DNA from: Lama glama
Lineage: Eukaryota
Length of the DNA stretch: 64,000 bases
Assembly (NCBI GenBank): GCA_028534125.1
Contig: CM052816.1
Span: 56,980,001 to 57,044,000 of the forward strand
Direction of reading: 5' to 3'
The notes below the pieces were generated by a model. That model did not search any database and was not told the origin of the DNA. It worked only from the letters and a program-made list of their open reading frames with translations. Of this stretch, positions 24,912 to 38,254 are shown one piece after another (the first letter of the stretch is position 1; each line of letters starts with the position of its first letter). The position numbers were made by a program, and so were the translations under genes.

Positions 24912-25285
24912 TGCCATAGACTAAAAGCTTGTGTCCCTGCCCCACAAATTCATATGTTGAAGCTCTAACCCCTCCATGGTATTTGGAGGTGAGGCCTTTG
25001 GGAGCTAATTAGGTTTAGATGAGGTCGTGAGGACAGGACCCCCATGATGGGTTAGTGTCCTTATAAGAAGAGAAAGAGACTGGAGCTCCCACTCTGTGTC
25101 CATGTGAGGACACAGGGAGAAGTCAGCAAGCCAGGAAGGGGCCCTCCAGTTCAGATCCAGAACTGAATCTGCTAGCTCTTTGATCTTGGACTTCCCGGCC
25201 TCCAGAACTGTGAGAGAAAAATGTCTGTTGTTTAAGCCTCCCAGTCTATGGTATTTTGTTACAGCAGCCAGAGCTGACTAAGACA
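24912..25285 (+). mobile_element. MaLR solo LTR (MLT1A0-like)
   Basis: TG...CA ends; caaattcatatgttgaagctctaacccc..ttgatcttggacttcccggcctccagaactgtgaga..gttacagcagccagagctgactaagaca. Confidence 0.85.
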
Positions 25286-27129
25286 CTCTCACATGGAGAT
25301 GAAGGGGCATCAAAAAATTCAGCTTGGGTGTGGGAATGTGTCACCTTCCAGATGGGCAGTCCCCTTGGTCCCCTTGGTTTACTGGACAACCAGGCATTTT
25401 ATTGATGTCTTTCTCTTGACGGGTCAGAGTAAAGTGTCCTCTTTTGGCTGGGGTCACTGAGTAAAGGAAATTTGAGTTTGAAATTTTGAAACCTGTTCTT
25501 GTCTTTGATTCCAAAGAATTTAAGTTCCTCAGCTATGATTTTTTTTTTTTTGGCTGTCTGAAACTTTTGCTTTCCTTAGTCCCTTTGTCTCTGCCAACCG
25601 ATTTCAAAATAATAAAATGTGGGCAATTTTTATGAATGCTGTCTTTCCTTTTCTTTTCTAAACTCAGGGCCATGGATCTCTGATCAAAAGAAGCCGCAAG
25701 CTCCTTTCACACTTGATGGAGACATAGATAATTTAATTTTGATCTGGGGGAGTTTGGGTGACAAAATTAGACAGGTGGCAAACGTCATTAAGTCCTTAAG
25801 ATTTAGACACCTAAGACCAATGTAAACCAAGCAAGTGAAGGAAGTACAGGAGAGAAGGGAGACTGGTTTAGTTCTCCAAGTCTCTTCAGTTGTGGCTCCT
25901 CACATTGAATAAAAAGCTCTAATAAAAGGAGAAGTGGGTTTGTGGTTCCTAATGGTTCATTCCTAGTATTATGTTTGCTTTTGAAAGCTACCAGGTTGCA
26001 CTGCCAAAGTGCTGTTTAACTTAGGATCTCTAGGGCTCGTTGGGCATTTTTCTTTTATATGTATTTGAACCAGTCCTGTCTTACCTTGCACTTCTTGGTA
26101 AGTCTTCATTTTCATGGTGGGTAAATTTAGTTTCTGCTTCTCTGATCCGTTTCATACTTTAAATATCTGCTCATTTACACTTTCTGCAGGTACTTCTTGG
26201 CAGTGGTACTCCGCATGCCCCCTTTCAGGAGAACCCCTGCCCAACTTCCCCCTTCCCCAAGGTAGAGCCACTGAGAAGTCCTCTTTAGGAAGCAGTCTTT
26301 AACCCATTGTTAGGCTATTCAAGGTTAACGATTAGGAATTCATGCCACAGCAGTTTCTTTTCTTATGACTATTACGGCTATGAATTAGGAGATTTAAATT
26401 CAGTTTTTGGTCAACAGCATTTAAGAAAATTATCATCCAGTATTTTTGCAGATATCTTTACAATCCAAGGTTGTTTTATTGGCAAACTTGATTCAACTTA
26501 ATCTTTCATGGGTTTTCCTAGAGAGTGTACCAGTGGCTTTGCAATGACTTCAGTGAAGTCTGTAGGTGTTTAGTTACTTTTGGCTAGACTCAGTAACTTT
26601 ACATCAGTGAAGTTAAAAGTGAGCCTTTCTCGAATATTACGAGTAAGAAGGGCAGGGAGGAAGGAAAGCTTAGCACGTTGGAGGGAAGTATTGAGGTAGA
26701 CGTGTTGTGTTAATCCAGTTTCGTTGTCAGTGTTTACACTAGAAGCTCGGAGCCTGGCTTTCCTTTCTCAAGAATGGGACATTTCCCGCTATTTCCCCTT
26801 TTGTTGCTTGGATAGGAAAGGGCGTGCGTTCCTCTTTTCATTCAGCCCAAACATAATATACGAAGCCTCTCCTGCTTTGGGGGACATGTGGTTGTGTTCT
26901 AAGCGCCATCTGCAGAAAGATGGTCTTGGGAAAGCTTCTTCCCCAGAACAGAGAAACATCTCCGGAGCGAGTGATCTCCGGCGCGCAGATTCAATGAGCC
27001 CAACCGCACTTGGCTCTGTCACAAACTTAATACGGCAGCCCATATTGTTGCTCGGGAAGTCTCCAGCCAAACCGACTCTTGTAAAAATAAATACTCATCA
27101 GCAAATATTTTGATTAGTTAAAAATGTTC

Positions 27130-27760
27130 TAAACGGCGAACCCCCCGCTCCCCTGCTCCCCCCCACGGCGCGAGCGCGGAGAGGAGGCTTCCCCCCATCC
27201 CCCACCTCCCGGGCGGGCGGCCGCCGCTCCCCGGGCCCCGCGGATCCCCGCGTCCTGCCCGCGCCGCCGCGCGCGCCCAGCCTCGGCCGGCCCGGGGAGT
27301 GCGGAGCCGAGGGCCCGCGGGGCGCGGGCGGCGGGCAGCAGGCGGCCTCGCCCTCCCCGGGGCCCGCGGGCGCGGCCGGCTCCGAGCCGCCGCCACCTCG
27401 CTACACTTACTTGCCTTAAGCTCTTTATTAACTCCCCCGGAGCAGCGCGGCTGCGGCCGCGCCTCCTGCGCCCCGGTGGTCTGGCTCCTCCGCGCGGCGC
27501 ACATGCTAAACAGATTAACATGCCTTGGCTGACCCACGCTTCGCAACCCGCGGATTGGGTTTCTGCAGCTCCATGTGGAAATTAACCTATCTGTACCCGT
27601 GGTCAGCTGCGCCCGGCCGCTCCCGCGCCGCCCAGGCAATCCAAACAAACCCGGGCCGCTGGCTCCCTTTGTTACTCTTGGCTCCCCTCCCCCCTTCCCG
27701 GCCAAATATTTATTGGAAAAGAGGTTCTCTTTGGCCGAAGGTCGGGCACATTTCTGAGAG
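27130..27760. promoter_or_regulatory. Orphan CpG island at about 27 kb
   Basis: Extremely GC/CpG-rich 27135-27400, followed by CpG-rich sequence with AT-rich motif patches; no credible ORF. Confidence 0.85.
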
Positions 27761-30521
27761 CTCTTTATTTGTAAATGATTTTTGGCAGGGCCAGGCACCC
27801 TTAGGAGGGGGTGGCAGGGAACCCAAACTCCATGACTGGAGGGTTTCTAGCTCTCCGCAGGCAGAGAGCTGTTTATGTTTGCACAGGGCACCCTAGTCCT
27901 GGTCATTAAAAATACATGCACTGTCTATATTTTGCTTTTATAACAGCCCCTCTGTTTAATATGGTTATTTGCTTTGTTCTAGAGCAAGTTTATTCCCTCA
28001 CCTCCTATCTCCACCCCACCCCCCCAATTCACACCCAGTAAGCAGAGTGAGGCGATTCTACTAGATTTTCTTTCCACTTAGAGGAATGGAAAAGGTAAAC
28101 TCGGAGACTAGTGGGTACCATCCAGCCTGAGGTTAAATCCAAACCGTAGCAGCATCTGTCTCTCAACTGCTGCCTCTTCCATCAATTTCCAGAGCACAGA
28201 GGATTACAAATGGACCTCTGGTTCACTTGTTAGGCACTTTCTTCCTTTGTCCTACTACTTTATAATCACATATGCACAGTTTGGCTTTCACTAGATACGG
28301 ATTGGAGGTCTCTGTGTTGGTTGGAAGAGGCTCCTATAGTGAATACTGCTGCCAGGAAGGTGAAGGTGGCTCTTCATATTCCTTCCCATCTTGTTGGCCA
28401 TGAAATGTCTCCATTGCTTGGGAACCATGAGTGGCTATTTTCTGAGACTGCTGGTACTTGTGATCCATCCATGGTTGCCTGGTCCCATTAATCAGAATGA
28501 GCCAAGGCCGTTTGAGGTTACCTGCTGTGCCGTCACTCCTCACTGGCATCTAGCAGTGTTTCATCATTTCCTGGGGTGGTTTGGGCGTGTCCTTGAGTGT
28601 TGTTTCTCAAAGCCCATGGCAGCCATCCATCCCGCTTGCATTTATTTTCCATTCAGCCCTCACTGCCGTGCCCTTCGCCATCTTGGCATCAAGAAACTGT
28701 GAGACTCTTAGGAGGTACCAGTCAAACCGTGTGATGGCAGCACCCATGTGGCAGTGCCATAATGGCCCCATAGTCAGTGAGAAGACTGGGCGCAACTGCC
28801 CCTCAGCAGATCACTGTTTGCCAGCCCACTGAATGACATGCTGACTCTGTTGATTCATTTTGCCCTTTCTTTCAAGCTGTGTGTTTCTTGGATGGGTGGC
28901 ACGTTCCTGAGGTAAAACGCTTTCCAAGCTGCAAGCTTCCAGAAAAACAATCAGGAACCACTGGCAGCACATTGCAGGGGTTTCAGTCTGACACCGAGGA
29001 GATGAACTAGAATTGGCAATGATAATATGCCCACAGCTAGGAACTCCGTTGAAACAAAGCTACAAATACATGTGCTGAGGATAAGGGAAATCATGGACCC
29101 CACCTTCCCCTGAGTAGGCAAGGCCATGAGAAACCTGCTAACCACTGAGCTTGAAAAGAAATTAGGCTCAAGGGCCAATGCAACACAAGGCATAAGTCAA
29201 TCAAGAGCTGGTGGTTCTTTTTTCCTCTGGTTATGGATAACATCTCAAAAATCCTTGCAGCTCGGGAACTGTGGGGTTTAATCAGAGGCTCACTGTGAGA
29301 GCATTTCTCTGCATTTCTCACAAAGCAGCTGGCATCTTGATTCCTGGTTAACCCTCCCGCCTTTTTTCCCCCTTCATCAGCACCTATTCTCAAGATTGTC
29401 CATATGGATCATGTATGTGGGAACACACAAATTACAGCAACTTTTGTCTTTTGTCGTGAAGGGCTGACAGGGCAATAAACACACGCAGCCGCCCTCCTCC
29501 AGGAATTCTTCATCCTCTCTGTGTGGCTCTAGCCCTGTGGATAATATCATTACAGGACTAAACAAATAAACAGTCGATCCGAATCAACCGGGAGGCACTG
29601 GGGACTACACAGTTCCTCTCTGCAGAGATGATACAAGTAAATTTACACTCTTAGCTTGGAAGTGCTCCAGCGGCTATGAATAGCCGTTCAGTTCTGTCAG
29701 GCTTGGGAGGAGCTGGGGCACTGGGCTGACCCCCCCAGCTCTGTCTTTGCTTCAATCAATGTGAGCTTTCAGGGTTCTGTTTTCCTTACTATCCTCAACT
29801 GGGAACATCAAGGACCAGTAACACTTTTTATGAACCCTGAGCTCAAAGAAGAAGCTTTTACTACAAAGTTAACATATTAAACCCAATGACATGGATGAAA
29901 GGTTAACACACTTCTGCCAGCCCAGAGCTTCCCCTTCGAAGGTGATTTCCTGTGTTCAGGCTGTCGCCGCCATCGCCTCTGCCACAGCCCCGACCGGCCG
30001 ACTAGCACATAGATTCATCAGACGAGTACCTGCCACATCCGCACCAGAACAGAAACTGACTGCAGTCAGAGCTGCAGGGAACACGGATTCTCATTCTCAC
30101 CAGCCAATGAAGTCGTATCACTTTTTAATTGAGAAGAATCAGTCACAATGATAACCTGAAAACCACATGTACTTTTCTTTTTCCAAGTTTAAAAACGAAG
30201 CTTTCTCGTTTCCTGTCTTTACACATGTCAGCAGTTCCTGGGATGTGCAGGCCTCTCCTTCTGCCTGTTCTTGTGACTGGAGACATTCTCTGTTAACCAT
30301 TGCTTTGCCTGAAATGATATAATAGTTCTGTGAGTGTTTTGGTTTTTTTTTTTTAAGATGGAAAAGAGATACCCTAAGACATTAAGTGGTGGTGTGATTG
30401 TATTTTAAAAAATTTCTATATATTTCTCTACTTTTTCTCCTGTCCCACTCCCCCAGTTTTGGTCCAAGAAGTACATGTTATCTTTAGAGTCAGGTAAAAT
30501 GAGTCCTTAACAAGATTATTC

Positions 30522-30713
30522 CTTTTTTAAAAAAATTGAAGTAAAGTTGATTTACAATGTTGTGTTAGTTTCTGGTGTACAGCATAGTGATTCAGTTATA
30601 CATATGTATTCTTTTTCATTATAAGTTACTGAATATAGTTCCCTGTGCTATACAGAAGGACCTTGTTGTTCATCTATTTTGTATACAGTAGTTTGTATCA
30701 GCTAATCTCAAAC
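30522..30713 (-). mobile_element. Short 5'-truncated artiodactyl L1 3' end
   Basis: aattgaagtaaagttgatttacaatgttgtgttagtttctggtgtacagcatagtgattcag..; 12-bp TSD ACAAG[A/G]TTATTC at 30510-30521 and 30714-30725. Confidence 0.85.
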
Positions 30714-31725
30714 ACAAGGTTATTCTTAAACATTGGTCCTCATGAGGTAAGCACTCATTTCGGTTCAGCATACTCAGTCAAGGCACAGTTACTGACTTCT
30801 CTGGTTTATCTGTTTGAGATCTAGGGATCAGGCATTCAGAGAATCGGCCTGCATTTATTCAGGGAGGTGGAGGTGGGCCAATGGAGGAAAAAAGCAAATA
30901 AAACAGAGAAAAATAGTAACACACACACATATGAATAAGACAGCATTACTTTCAACAGGTGCTTTCTGATATTTATGACCCAGTCTGGGACCCGATGGAA
31001 AACAACTTTATCTTGTTCTAGTGCCCAGGGGTTTCTGCAGGTGAGCTCAGGCTGGGGCAGTATCTGTCTTTACATCTTAAACTGCAAAGGTTCTCGGTGA
31101 ACACAGAGAAATATTACAGCATCTGGGAACCAACAAGAGGCTGGCCAGACTCTGAGGCCGGGAAAGGGGTGGTACTGCTTGTGGGACCCCAGGTGAGAGC
31201 AGCCCCCTACAGCTCCCCTGAGGTCAACGTTCTAGAGAAAACATGCGGAGGAGCAGAGCAGCGAGCAGTAGGGAGGGAAACAAACCCAGACCTGGGTGTT
31301 TGACGATTTGGGTTCCAGGTGCATCTCTGCCGCGGAGTGGCTGAGAGAGGCTGGGAGAATTGCTGATCATTCCCTGGGCCTCAGCTCCCTTCTTTCAACC
31401 TGAAGAGATTGGTCTGCTGACCTCAGGTCAGGCCTATGAGTCAGCTCCTGTTTCGGAGTGTGAGGACTCCTGCTTTATGGACATGTGTTTGGAGACCTCC
31501 AATGAGTAGAGTTGTCCAGTTTTGAAGAAGGAACTTTCTCTGAGAGAAAGGCCCAGAAGTGCCCCTGAAGTAGGTGGGGCAGATAACCCAAGTCATGAAG
31601 CTTGTCATCACAATCCCAACAGTTTGAGGGAAGTATGGTCCTCAGATCTGAAACTGGGATTAAGTGGGAAGACTGGGTTGCTCTGATCATTTGTATGAGG
31701 TAAAGTTTTACATTTTCATCCAAGA

Positions 31726-32349
31726 ACTCTAATTTGAAAAGACACATCCACCCTAATGTACATAGCAGCATTATCTACAATAACCAAGACATGGAAACAA
31801 CCTAAACGTCCATTGATAGATGACTGGATAAAGAAGTTGTGGTATATTTATACAATGAAATACTATTCAGCCATAATAAAGAATAAAACAAAGAATTGCT
31901 GCCATTTGCAGCAATATGGATGGAGCTGGAGTTTGTCATTCTAAGCGAAGTAAGCCAGAAAGAGAAAGAAAAATACCATGTGATATCACTCATATGCAGA
32001 ATCTAAAAAAGAAGAAAGAAGACACTAATGAACTTATCTACAAAACAGAAACAGACTCACAGACATAGTAAACAAACTTAGGTTACTGGAGGGAAGTGGG
32101 GTGGGAAAGGATAAATTGGGAGTTCAAGATTTGCAAATACTACTATATATGAAACAGATAAAAACAAGTTTCTTCTGCATAGCACAGGGAACTATATTCA
32201 ATATCCTGTAGTAACTGTAATGAAAAAGAATATGAAAACAAGTATATGTATGTATATGTATGACCGAAACATTATGCTATACACCAGAAATTGACACATC
32301 GTAACTGACTATACTTTAATAAAAAATAAATAAAATAAAATAAAAATAA
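31726..32349 (+). mobile_element. Young lineage-specific L1, 5'-truncated (ORF2 C-terminus, 3'UTR, A-rich tail)
   Basis: ORF 31756-31944 (YIAALSTITKTWKQPKRPLIDDWIKKLWYIYTMKYYSAI) is the L1 ORF2 C-terminus; AATAAA and (TAAAA)n tail; probable 14-bp TSD at 31712-31725 and 32350-32363 with 2 mismatches. Confidence 0.92.
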
Positions 32350-33298
32350 ATTTTCACTCAAGAGACATTACATTGAGCCCCAACATGTTCCAGGTACTAT
32401 GTTGGGCAAGGGGGCAACTGGCAACCCTCTGCTCCTAGTGCATGCTCATAGAAGCCCCTGTACCTGACTGAAGAGTCTAGTGACTTCTGGTTAGTCTTTA
32501 GAAGCTCCAGTTTGGTAGGGAAGGGTCAGACTCCTGCAGGTTAGAAAACAAGCCGTGACCTGAGGCCACCTGGCAGAGATCGGCAGGGAACTGGGAAGGA
32601 AGATCTTTCTGACATTGCCCTAGTACTGCCACTGTTGTCAGCGTTGACTCAGAATTTTCTCTATACCCTGAAAACCTAGTGACTGTTATTACGTTACCTA
32701 TATTTTCTTTTGGTTTTCCCATCGCATTCAGCTAAGTCATTTTCGAGTGCCAACCTATCTTAGCTGCATGAAGAACAACTAAAGAAAGGGAGTTTACTTG
32801 TGCCCAGACTGAATTTAAAGAAGGCACTGGGTATTCCCAGGTAGCCAGGCATGGCAAAGACAGTTGGAATCAAGGTGTGATACTTCCAGGAGAAGATGTG
32901 ACTTTGGAAATATCTCAGACTTGGTGATAGAGATGGAAATAAATATTCACTTGGACAGTCTTTTTTTTTCACTTGGAGAAACCTTCTTCCAGAAAAATTT
33001 CTCAGTTTACACTATGTTTAATATGTGATACTCTTACAGAATACTTTCTGGTTCTAAGATTCAGCAAGCAATCTGCTCCCACAAAAATTCTTCAGTGCTT
33101 TCCTGCCTCATTGATTGATTCAGAATCCCAAGAACTGGAGCAGTTTGGGGAAAGGGGAGCGGTATTTTCTTCCTCCCTTTCTCTTTGCAGATATATGGCA
33201 GTTCCAGAAAACCTGATATTTGAAAATCTGGATTTCGCCTTAATTATTATTTTCAAAACAACCTTTTATTTTACAAAAGACTTTCCCCCTAGGCTGCA

Positions 33299-33765
33299 CC
33301 TAGGACAGACTGTTGATTATCTCACGATATCTGCTGTCCCCTTCTTCCTTCTCCCCGACTCCCATCCCAAGTTTTAGCTGGGACCTGGCCACCCCTTAAG
33401 ACTACATTTCCCAGGTTCCCTTGCAGCTAGATATAACCATATGACCAAGATCTGGCCAATAGGATACGAATGGAAGTACAACTTCTGGGTCATATCCTTG
33501 AGTGGAAGTTGCTCATCTCTGACACCCTCTTTCTTCTTCCTGCAGCCTGACACAAGGACAGGTGGTAGTGAGCAGGTTTTGGTCATGCAGATAAGGGATG
33601 ACAGAGCAACAAGAGAGAAGGAACTTGGGTCCCTATAGCAGCATTGCCCTACTCTTGGGTGCTTTCTACTAGCTCAGGCTTTTACATAAGAGACAAACCT
33701 ATTTTATTTAAGCCATTTTTATTTGATCTTTGTTAAAGCAGCAAACCAATATTTTAACAAATGCA
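33299..33765 (+). mobile_element. MaLR solo LTR (MLT1I/J-like)
   Basis: actacatttcccaggttcccttgcagctagatataaccatatgaccaagatctggccaat..gaaggaacttgggtccct..tttaagcca..ttgttaaagcagc. Confidence 0.7.
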
Positions 33766-33849
33766 GTAAGTTTTCTTAGTGTATGTAAATCATGACCTGA
33801 TTTATAATATTTGGGGCTATACATGGATTTTCAGGAAAACACATTGGGC

Positions 33850-34170
33850 AAATCAATGTCCATTTCTTTTGCCAAACGGCACTGTTATCCTAATCCCCTA
33901 GAATCAAAGTGTTGCATTCATCACTGACTCCTCTCTTTACTTCTTTGCTCAATTATCAGTTAGTCATAAAGTCTTGGTGAAGTTTCCCTTCATAATTCCT
34001 CTGAGATTTGAGTCTTCCTTTTCATATCCACAGCCGGCCCGAGTCCAGGGTCTGACCATCTTACACCTGGGTAGTTTCTAATTGTCTCACAGCTTCTAGT
34101 CATGTTCCCACCTACCCACCACCAGATAAATCTTCCTAAACATCAGTTTCTTCCCTTTGCCATTTCAGAA
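33850..34170 (+). mobile_element. L2 LINE fragment
   Basis: tcactgactcctctctt..tcagttagtcataaagtcttgg..ccatcttacacctggg..atcttcctaaacatc. Confidence 0.55.
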
Positions 34171-34180
34171 ACTCCATGGT

Positions 34181-34260
34181 TCCTGTTGAACCATATGAAA
34201 TTCCCAAAAATGGACCATACTGACTTACAAAAGTGGCAGTTTTATATTGTTGACCTAATA
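34181..34260. mobile_element. MADE2 mariner-derived MITE (about 80-bp hairpin)
   Basis: gttgaaccatatgaaatt...gcagttttatattgttgacctaata: imperfect terminal inverted repeats matching the recalled MADE2 consensus. Confidence 0.75.
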
Positions 34261-34700
34261 TGTAGGCTGGTCTTCTATCAGTATCACCATTCGTTTCTCT
34301 TAAGACCCAGTTCTAGACTCGCTTCCTCATTATAGTTCTCCCAAAAAGCCAGTCATACTTTATGATGAAGTATAATTTCATTTATACGAAGATGAAGGAC
34401 CAGCAATAGATATTTGTTATACTAGAATCTCATTATTTTTCTGGATAATGTTTAAGGAATTTACCTTGAATCTTGCTGTTAGTGTGAAAATTTGATCTTT
34501 TTTAAATAAAAAGATACATTTTTTTCATGTTAAATTTTTAAAATGCCATTTATATGGCATCTTTCATCTATGGTAACTTGAATTTCTACAGTATTCTATA
34601 ATAATACATGTAACTTCTTTGCTAAAAATACTGTAAAATCTTTAAGGGCTGACTGTGTCCTCTAATTTTTTAAGCAATTCTTAACTTAACAAGATTTTTT

Positions 34701-34825
34701 AAATAATATATAATGGAAAAGAATCTGAAAAAGAATACATACACACACATAAAACTGAATCACTTTGCTGTATACCTGAAATTAACACAACACTGTAAAT
34801 CAACTATACTTCAATTAAAAAAAAA
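34701..34825 (+). mobile_element. Very short artiodactyl L1 3' end
   Basis: aatggaaaagaatctgaaaaagaata..aactgaatcactttgctgtatacctgaaattaacacaacactgtaaatcaactatacttcaattaaaaaaaaa. Confidence 0.8.
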
Positions 34826-36033
34826 GTTTTGCTCACAATGAGTGGTTAAAGATGCTTTCTGACTTGAATAGTTATTAAACCTGTTCACTTTTCCAGTCAG
34901 ACTGAAAAAGACACTTTCAGTAAAATCTCACAATTATCTTTAGAATAGGAAATATGTAAAAGGTGCTAGCTTAGATGGTCTGATTCACTCTCACACACAC
35001 AGACACACACACACAGACACACACACACAGCCTCCCTCGAATCACTTCTCGTTGGGGAATGTGGTTTTGGATCTGAATAGCACTTCTATTTTCTTCCTCT
35101 TTTCTAACTCAACAAAATTCTCTCTTATTTGCAAATTCTCTTCTTCATAGTGCGTGTATATTGTCACTCTGGCTACACTCATGTGTAGACTGTGAATCCT
35201 CCGAGGATGTTCACTTATGTTTGATGAATCCATCTATGAATGATGAGCACAGAGTTCTATTTCAGGTGAGAGCAAAATTCAAGGCTGAGAAGTAGTAGGT
35301 ATAGGCGCTAGGGTTTTCAAACCTTCTGGCTGTAGCAGAATCAGGATGCTGTGCATGGCCCGGACCAAGTGTCGTTTTTGTGTTACTCTAAAAGAAATGA
35401 CTGGTCCTCAAGACTTCAGTTAAGATGAAAGGCTGCTTTTGTCTCATCTCACGACTCCCCCTTTTCCCAGTCTCACCACCTTCGTGTCCCACTGTTGCCC
35501 CACCACAGGGCTCAGAACACAAACAGCCCATGAGCTGGGAGGTTTGTTTCCTCACTCATAAAAGCTGACACAAAGGGCTGGCAGGAAGGAAGGAAGAATT
35601 AGGGGCAGACTATACCTCATAGGCTGTTAATACTTAAGTAGGTACCTTTTTTCATGGCTGGAAAGAACCTTGATTGGGTTGGCTTCAGTGTGATTTCTCT
35701 AGGCTTCAGATTTTCTTAATCTGAAATATGAAACAGTGGTGTCTCCTACCATGGCTAAAGGTTTCTGGAGAGGATAGGAATGTGACCAGGGTTTGTAAGT
35801 TAGAAAACACATCCTAGCAAGATGAAGGAATTAATATTTTGTGCATCTATATTATTTGGTCTGGAGGGGAAAGAGGAATGAGGAATACCTTTATAATGGT
35901 ATTCAAATATTTTAAAAAAAAAACCTGTTTACCAGCTGTTGTCAATTTCACCTGAAAAGAATGAAAAAAAGGAATACGTTTAAGAAGCAACACAGGGAAT
36001 ATAAGGCATCTGCCTGTTTCTGGCACTATAGAT

Positions 36034-36225
36034 CAGTGGTGTGCACTGATTTTAGTGTGCACAGAATCTCTGGGAGCTTGTTTAAAATGCAGATTCCTGG
36101 CCTTTACACTTAGCAGTTCTGACCTGGTGGATCTAGGGTGGAGTCTAAGAATCTGTGTTTTTAACCCGCCCCTCCCAAAGCTGAAGTGAGGCAAGTGGTC
36201 CTTAGACCCCACTTTGAGAACTGAT
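36034..36225. mobile_element. MER5B-like hAT-Charlie MITE
   Basis: cagtggt..cagaatctctgggagcttgtttaaaatgcagattcctggcc..aagaatctgtgtttttaac..cactttgagaa. Confidence 0.7.
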
Positions 36226-36377
36226 GTTATGGGTGACTGAATGGAATGGATTCTTAGAGTTTTGCTTTGTTTTGTTTTTTTTCCTGAAACACCTTGTAAA
36301 GACATTTTATTTTATTTCATTTGAACACAGAAAAGATTATCATTTGTTTAGAGATTATCATTTGATTATCATTTGAA

Positions 36378-36836
36378 TGTACTAGGTTGAATAGCATCCC
36401 CCCCAAATTTGTGACCTTCCAAACTGGCCAGCACCTTGATCTGGGACCTCTAGCCTTCATAGCCAGATTGTGAGAAACATATGTCTGCTGTTGAAGCCAC
36501 GTGGCTTATCCTATTTTGTTACAGCAGCCCGGGCAGATTAGTAAAACTGGTCCTTGCAAGAACAGGAGAAGAGACACAAGAAGAAGGCCATGTGACAATG
36601 GAGGCCGAGACCGGAGGGAAACATCTGCAAGCCAAGTCATGCCGTGGACTGCCGGCAGCCGCTGGAAGCTAGGAAGAGGCAAGGAAGGGCCCTCCCTAGA
36701 GACTTCAGAAAGCATAGCCCACTGATATCTTGATTTTGGACTTTCAGCCTCCACAACTGTGAGAAAATAAATTTCTATTGTTTGAATTCACCCTGTTTGT
36801 AGTTCTTTGTTACAGCAGCTCTAGGAGACTAGCACA
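36378..36836 (+). mobile_element. Composite MLT1 LTR (MLT1C-like with an extra internal MLT1 3' end)
   Basis: 5' start tgtactaggttgaatagc; the LTR 3'-end motif TTTGTTACAGCAGC occurs twice (36515-36528 and 36806-36819). Confidence 0.7.
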
Positions 36837-38254
36837 GGGATTTAGATACAATCCTGCCATTAGGCAGAGAAGATCAGCTCTCAATATAGGCATTTATTGT
36901 TTGATAGACTTGTTTGCTCATATTTTGAAGGATATTGACATTCAAATATCTGGATTCTCATGACACTGTCAGACAGTGATTTATCAATGTTTATAACATC
37001 TTTGCCCTAAATTGTCCCTTAAAAAAGAACATGCGTGATCTTGAATATTTGAGACAAGTGAGCTTTTGATTTTTTTTAATAAGGTTAAAGTAACAGGGTA
37101 AATGTACTTGTTTTCAATAATAAACAGAACACCCCAAACTTTCATAACAGAAAATAAGTTCCTTTTGAGCTTGGATTGTCAGTCATTAATAGATTTGAAG
37201 TAGTCACTTTCTCCTCTTAAAATTGTGGAAGTTAACTTTAAGAATCAGTCTGCTTTTTCATCTATTTGAAGGGATGGTGAAATTTTGTACAGAGAGTTTA
37301 TCTACCTGAATGAGATTTCAGTAACTTGGGAATGGCAGAAACACTCAAGCAAGAAATCAAACTTACTGCCTTGTAAGACATGTTAAGAGAATCCTCCCCA
37401 CTTTTGGTAGTTGTTTTGTAATTGTTAAATTATATGAACAGATTTTCCTGCTCAACGCTGATAGTTCATTGTGTTTTGTGGTTGGCACTTTTGTGAACCC
37501 AACATCTGACAAATCATTGATTTGCTAGCATTTAACTTGCAATCTTCAACTTCTCAGGGAGGTGCTATGTTATGGTGCAACATGATAGAGAAGGGCAAAG
37601 AACTCAGATTGTTGCTGGCATATCAGTTCTTTCCGTTAATAAAACACTCAACTGAGTCATTTTCTCTGGCCACTTTTCCATTGTAAAAAAACTTAAATCA
37701 AAGAACATGACTGCTTTTATTGGCAAAGCAGTAGATAAATCAGGGATGTAAAAATGCAAAAAGAAGGATTGGGTACAAGCCCTATGCAGAGTGGACTTGC
37801 TGGGTGAAAGGTTTATTCTGTCAATTTTCCTCTTGAGACACTTAGGTTTAATGAAATGTTTGCACTGGTCTACAGAAAAAGTTGGCTGTGTGTTTTTCTT
37901 TTGTGTTTAGGCCACTCTGGAAGTAATTCCTCTGGGCACTATTATCTAACATATGGTGATTTAGAAAAAGCCAAAAGCAAAGGTCATTTGGATGTTTTAG
38001 ACAGGAAAGAAGAAAATCCATCTTGGAGTAGAAAACGAAGGCAGGAAGGGCTGAGGTACAACTTATGGTCAAAGGAACATAAAAAAAAGAGAGAGAGAAG
38101 GGCTTCAGGCAAAAAATGCAACTCAAATGTTTTGGTTTGGCTTTTTTGTTGTTGTCACTTGTTTGATTTTTGTATGAGAATGGTGCCTGTGGAATTGTCA
38201 AAAATGAAACCTTGATAACAGAGAATTTTGGTGTGGACAGGGCCCAGATGAGAT

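Noticed and set aside
27118..27896. 226-aa and shorter ORFs in the 27-kb island; 231-aa ORF at 62713-63408
   Set aside because: No homology recognised; composition is explained by GC content.
31756..31944. 62-aa ORF as a small gene
   Set aside because: It is the L1 ORF2 C-terminus of a truncated retrotransposon.
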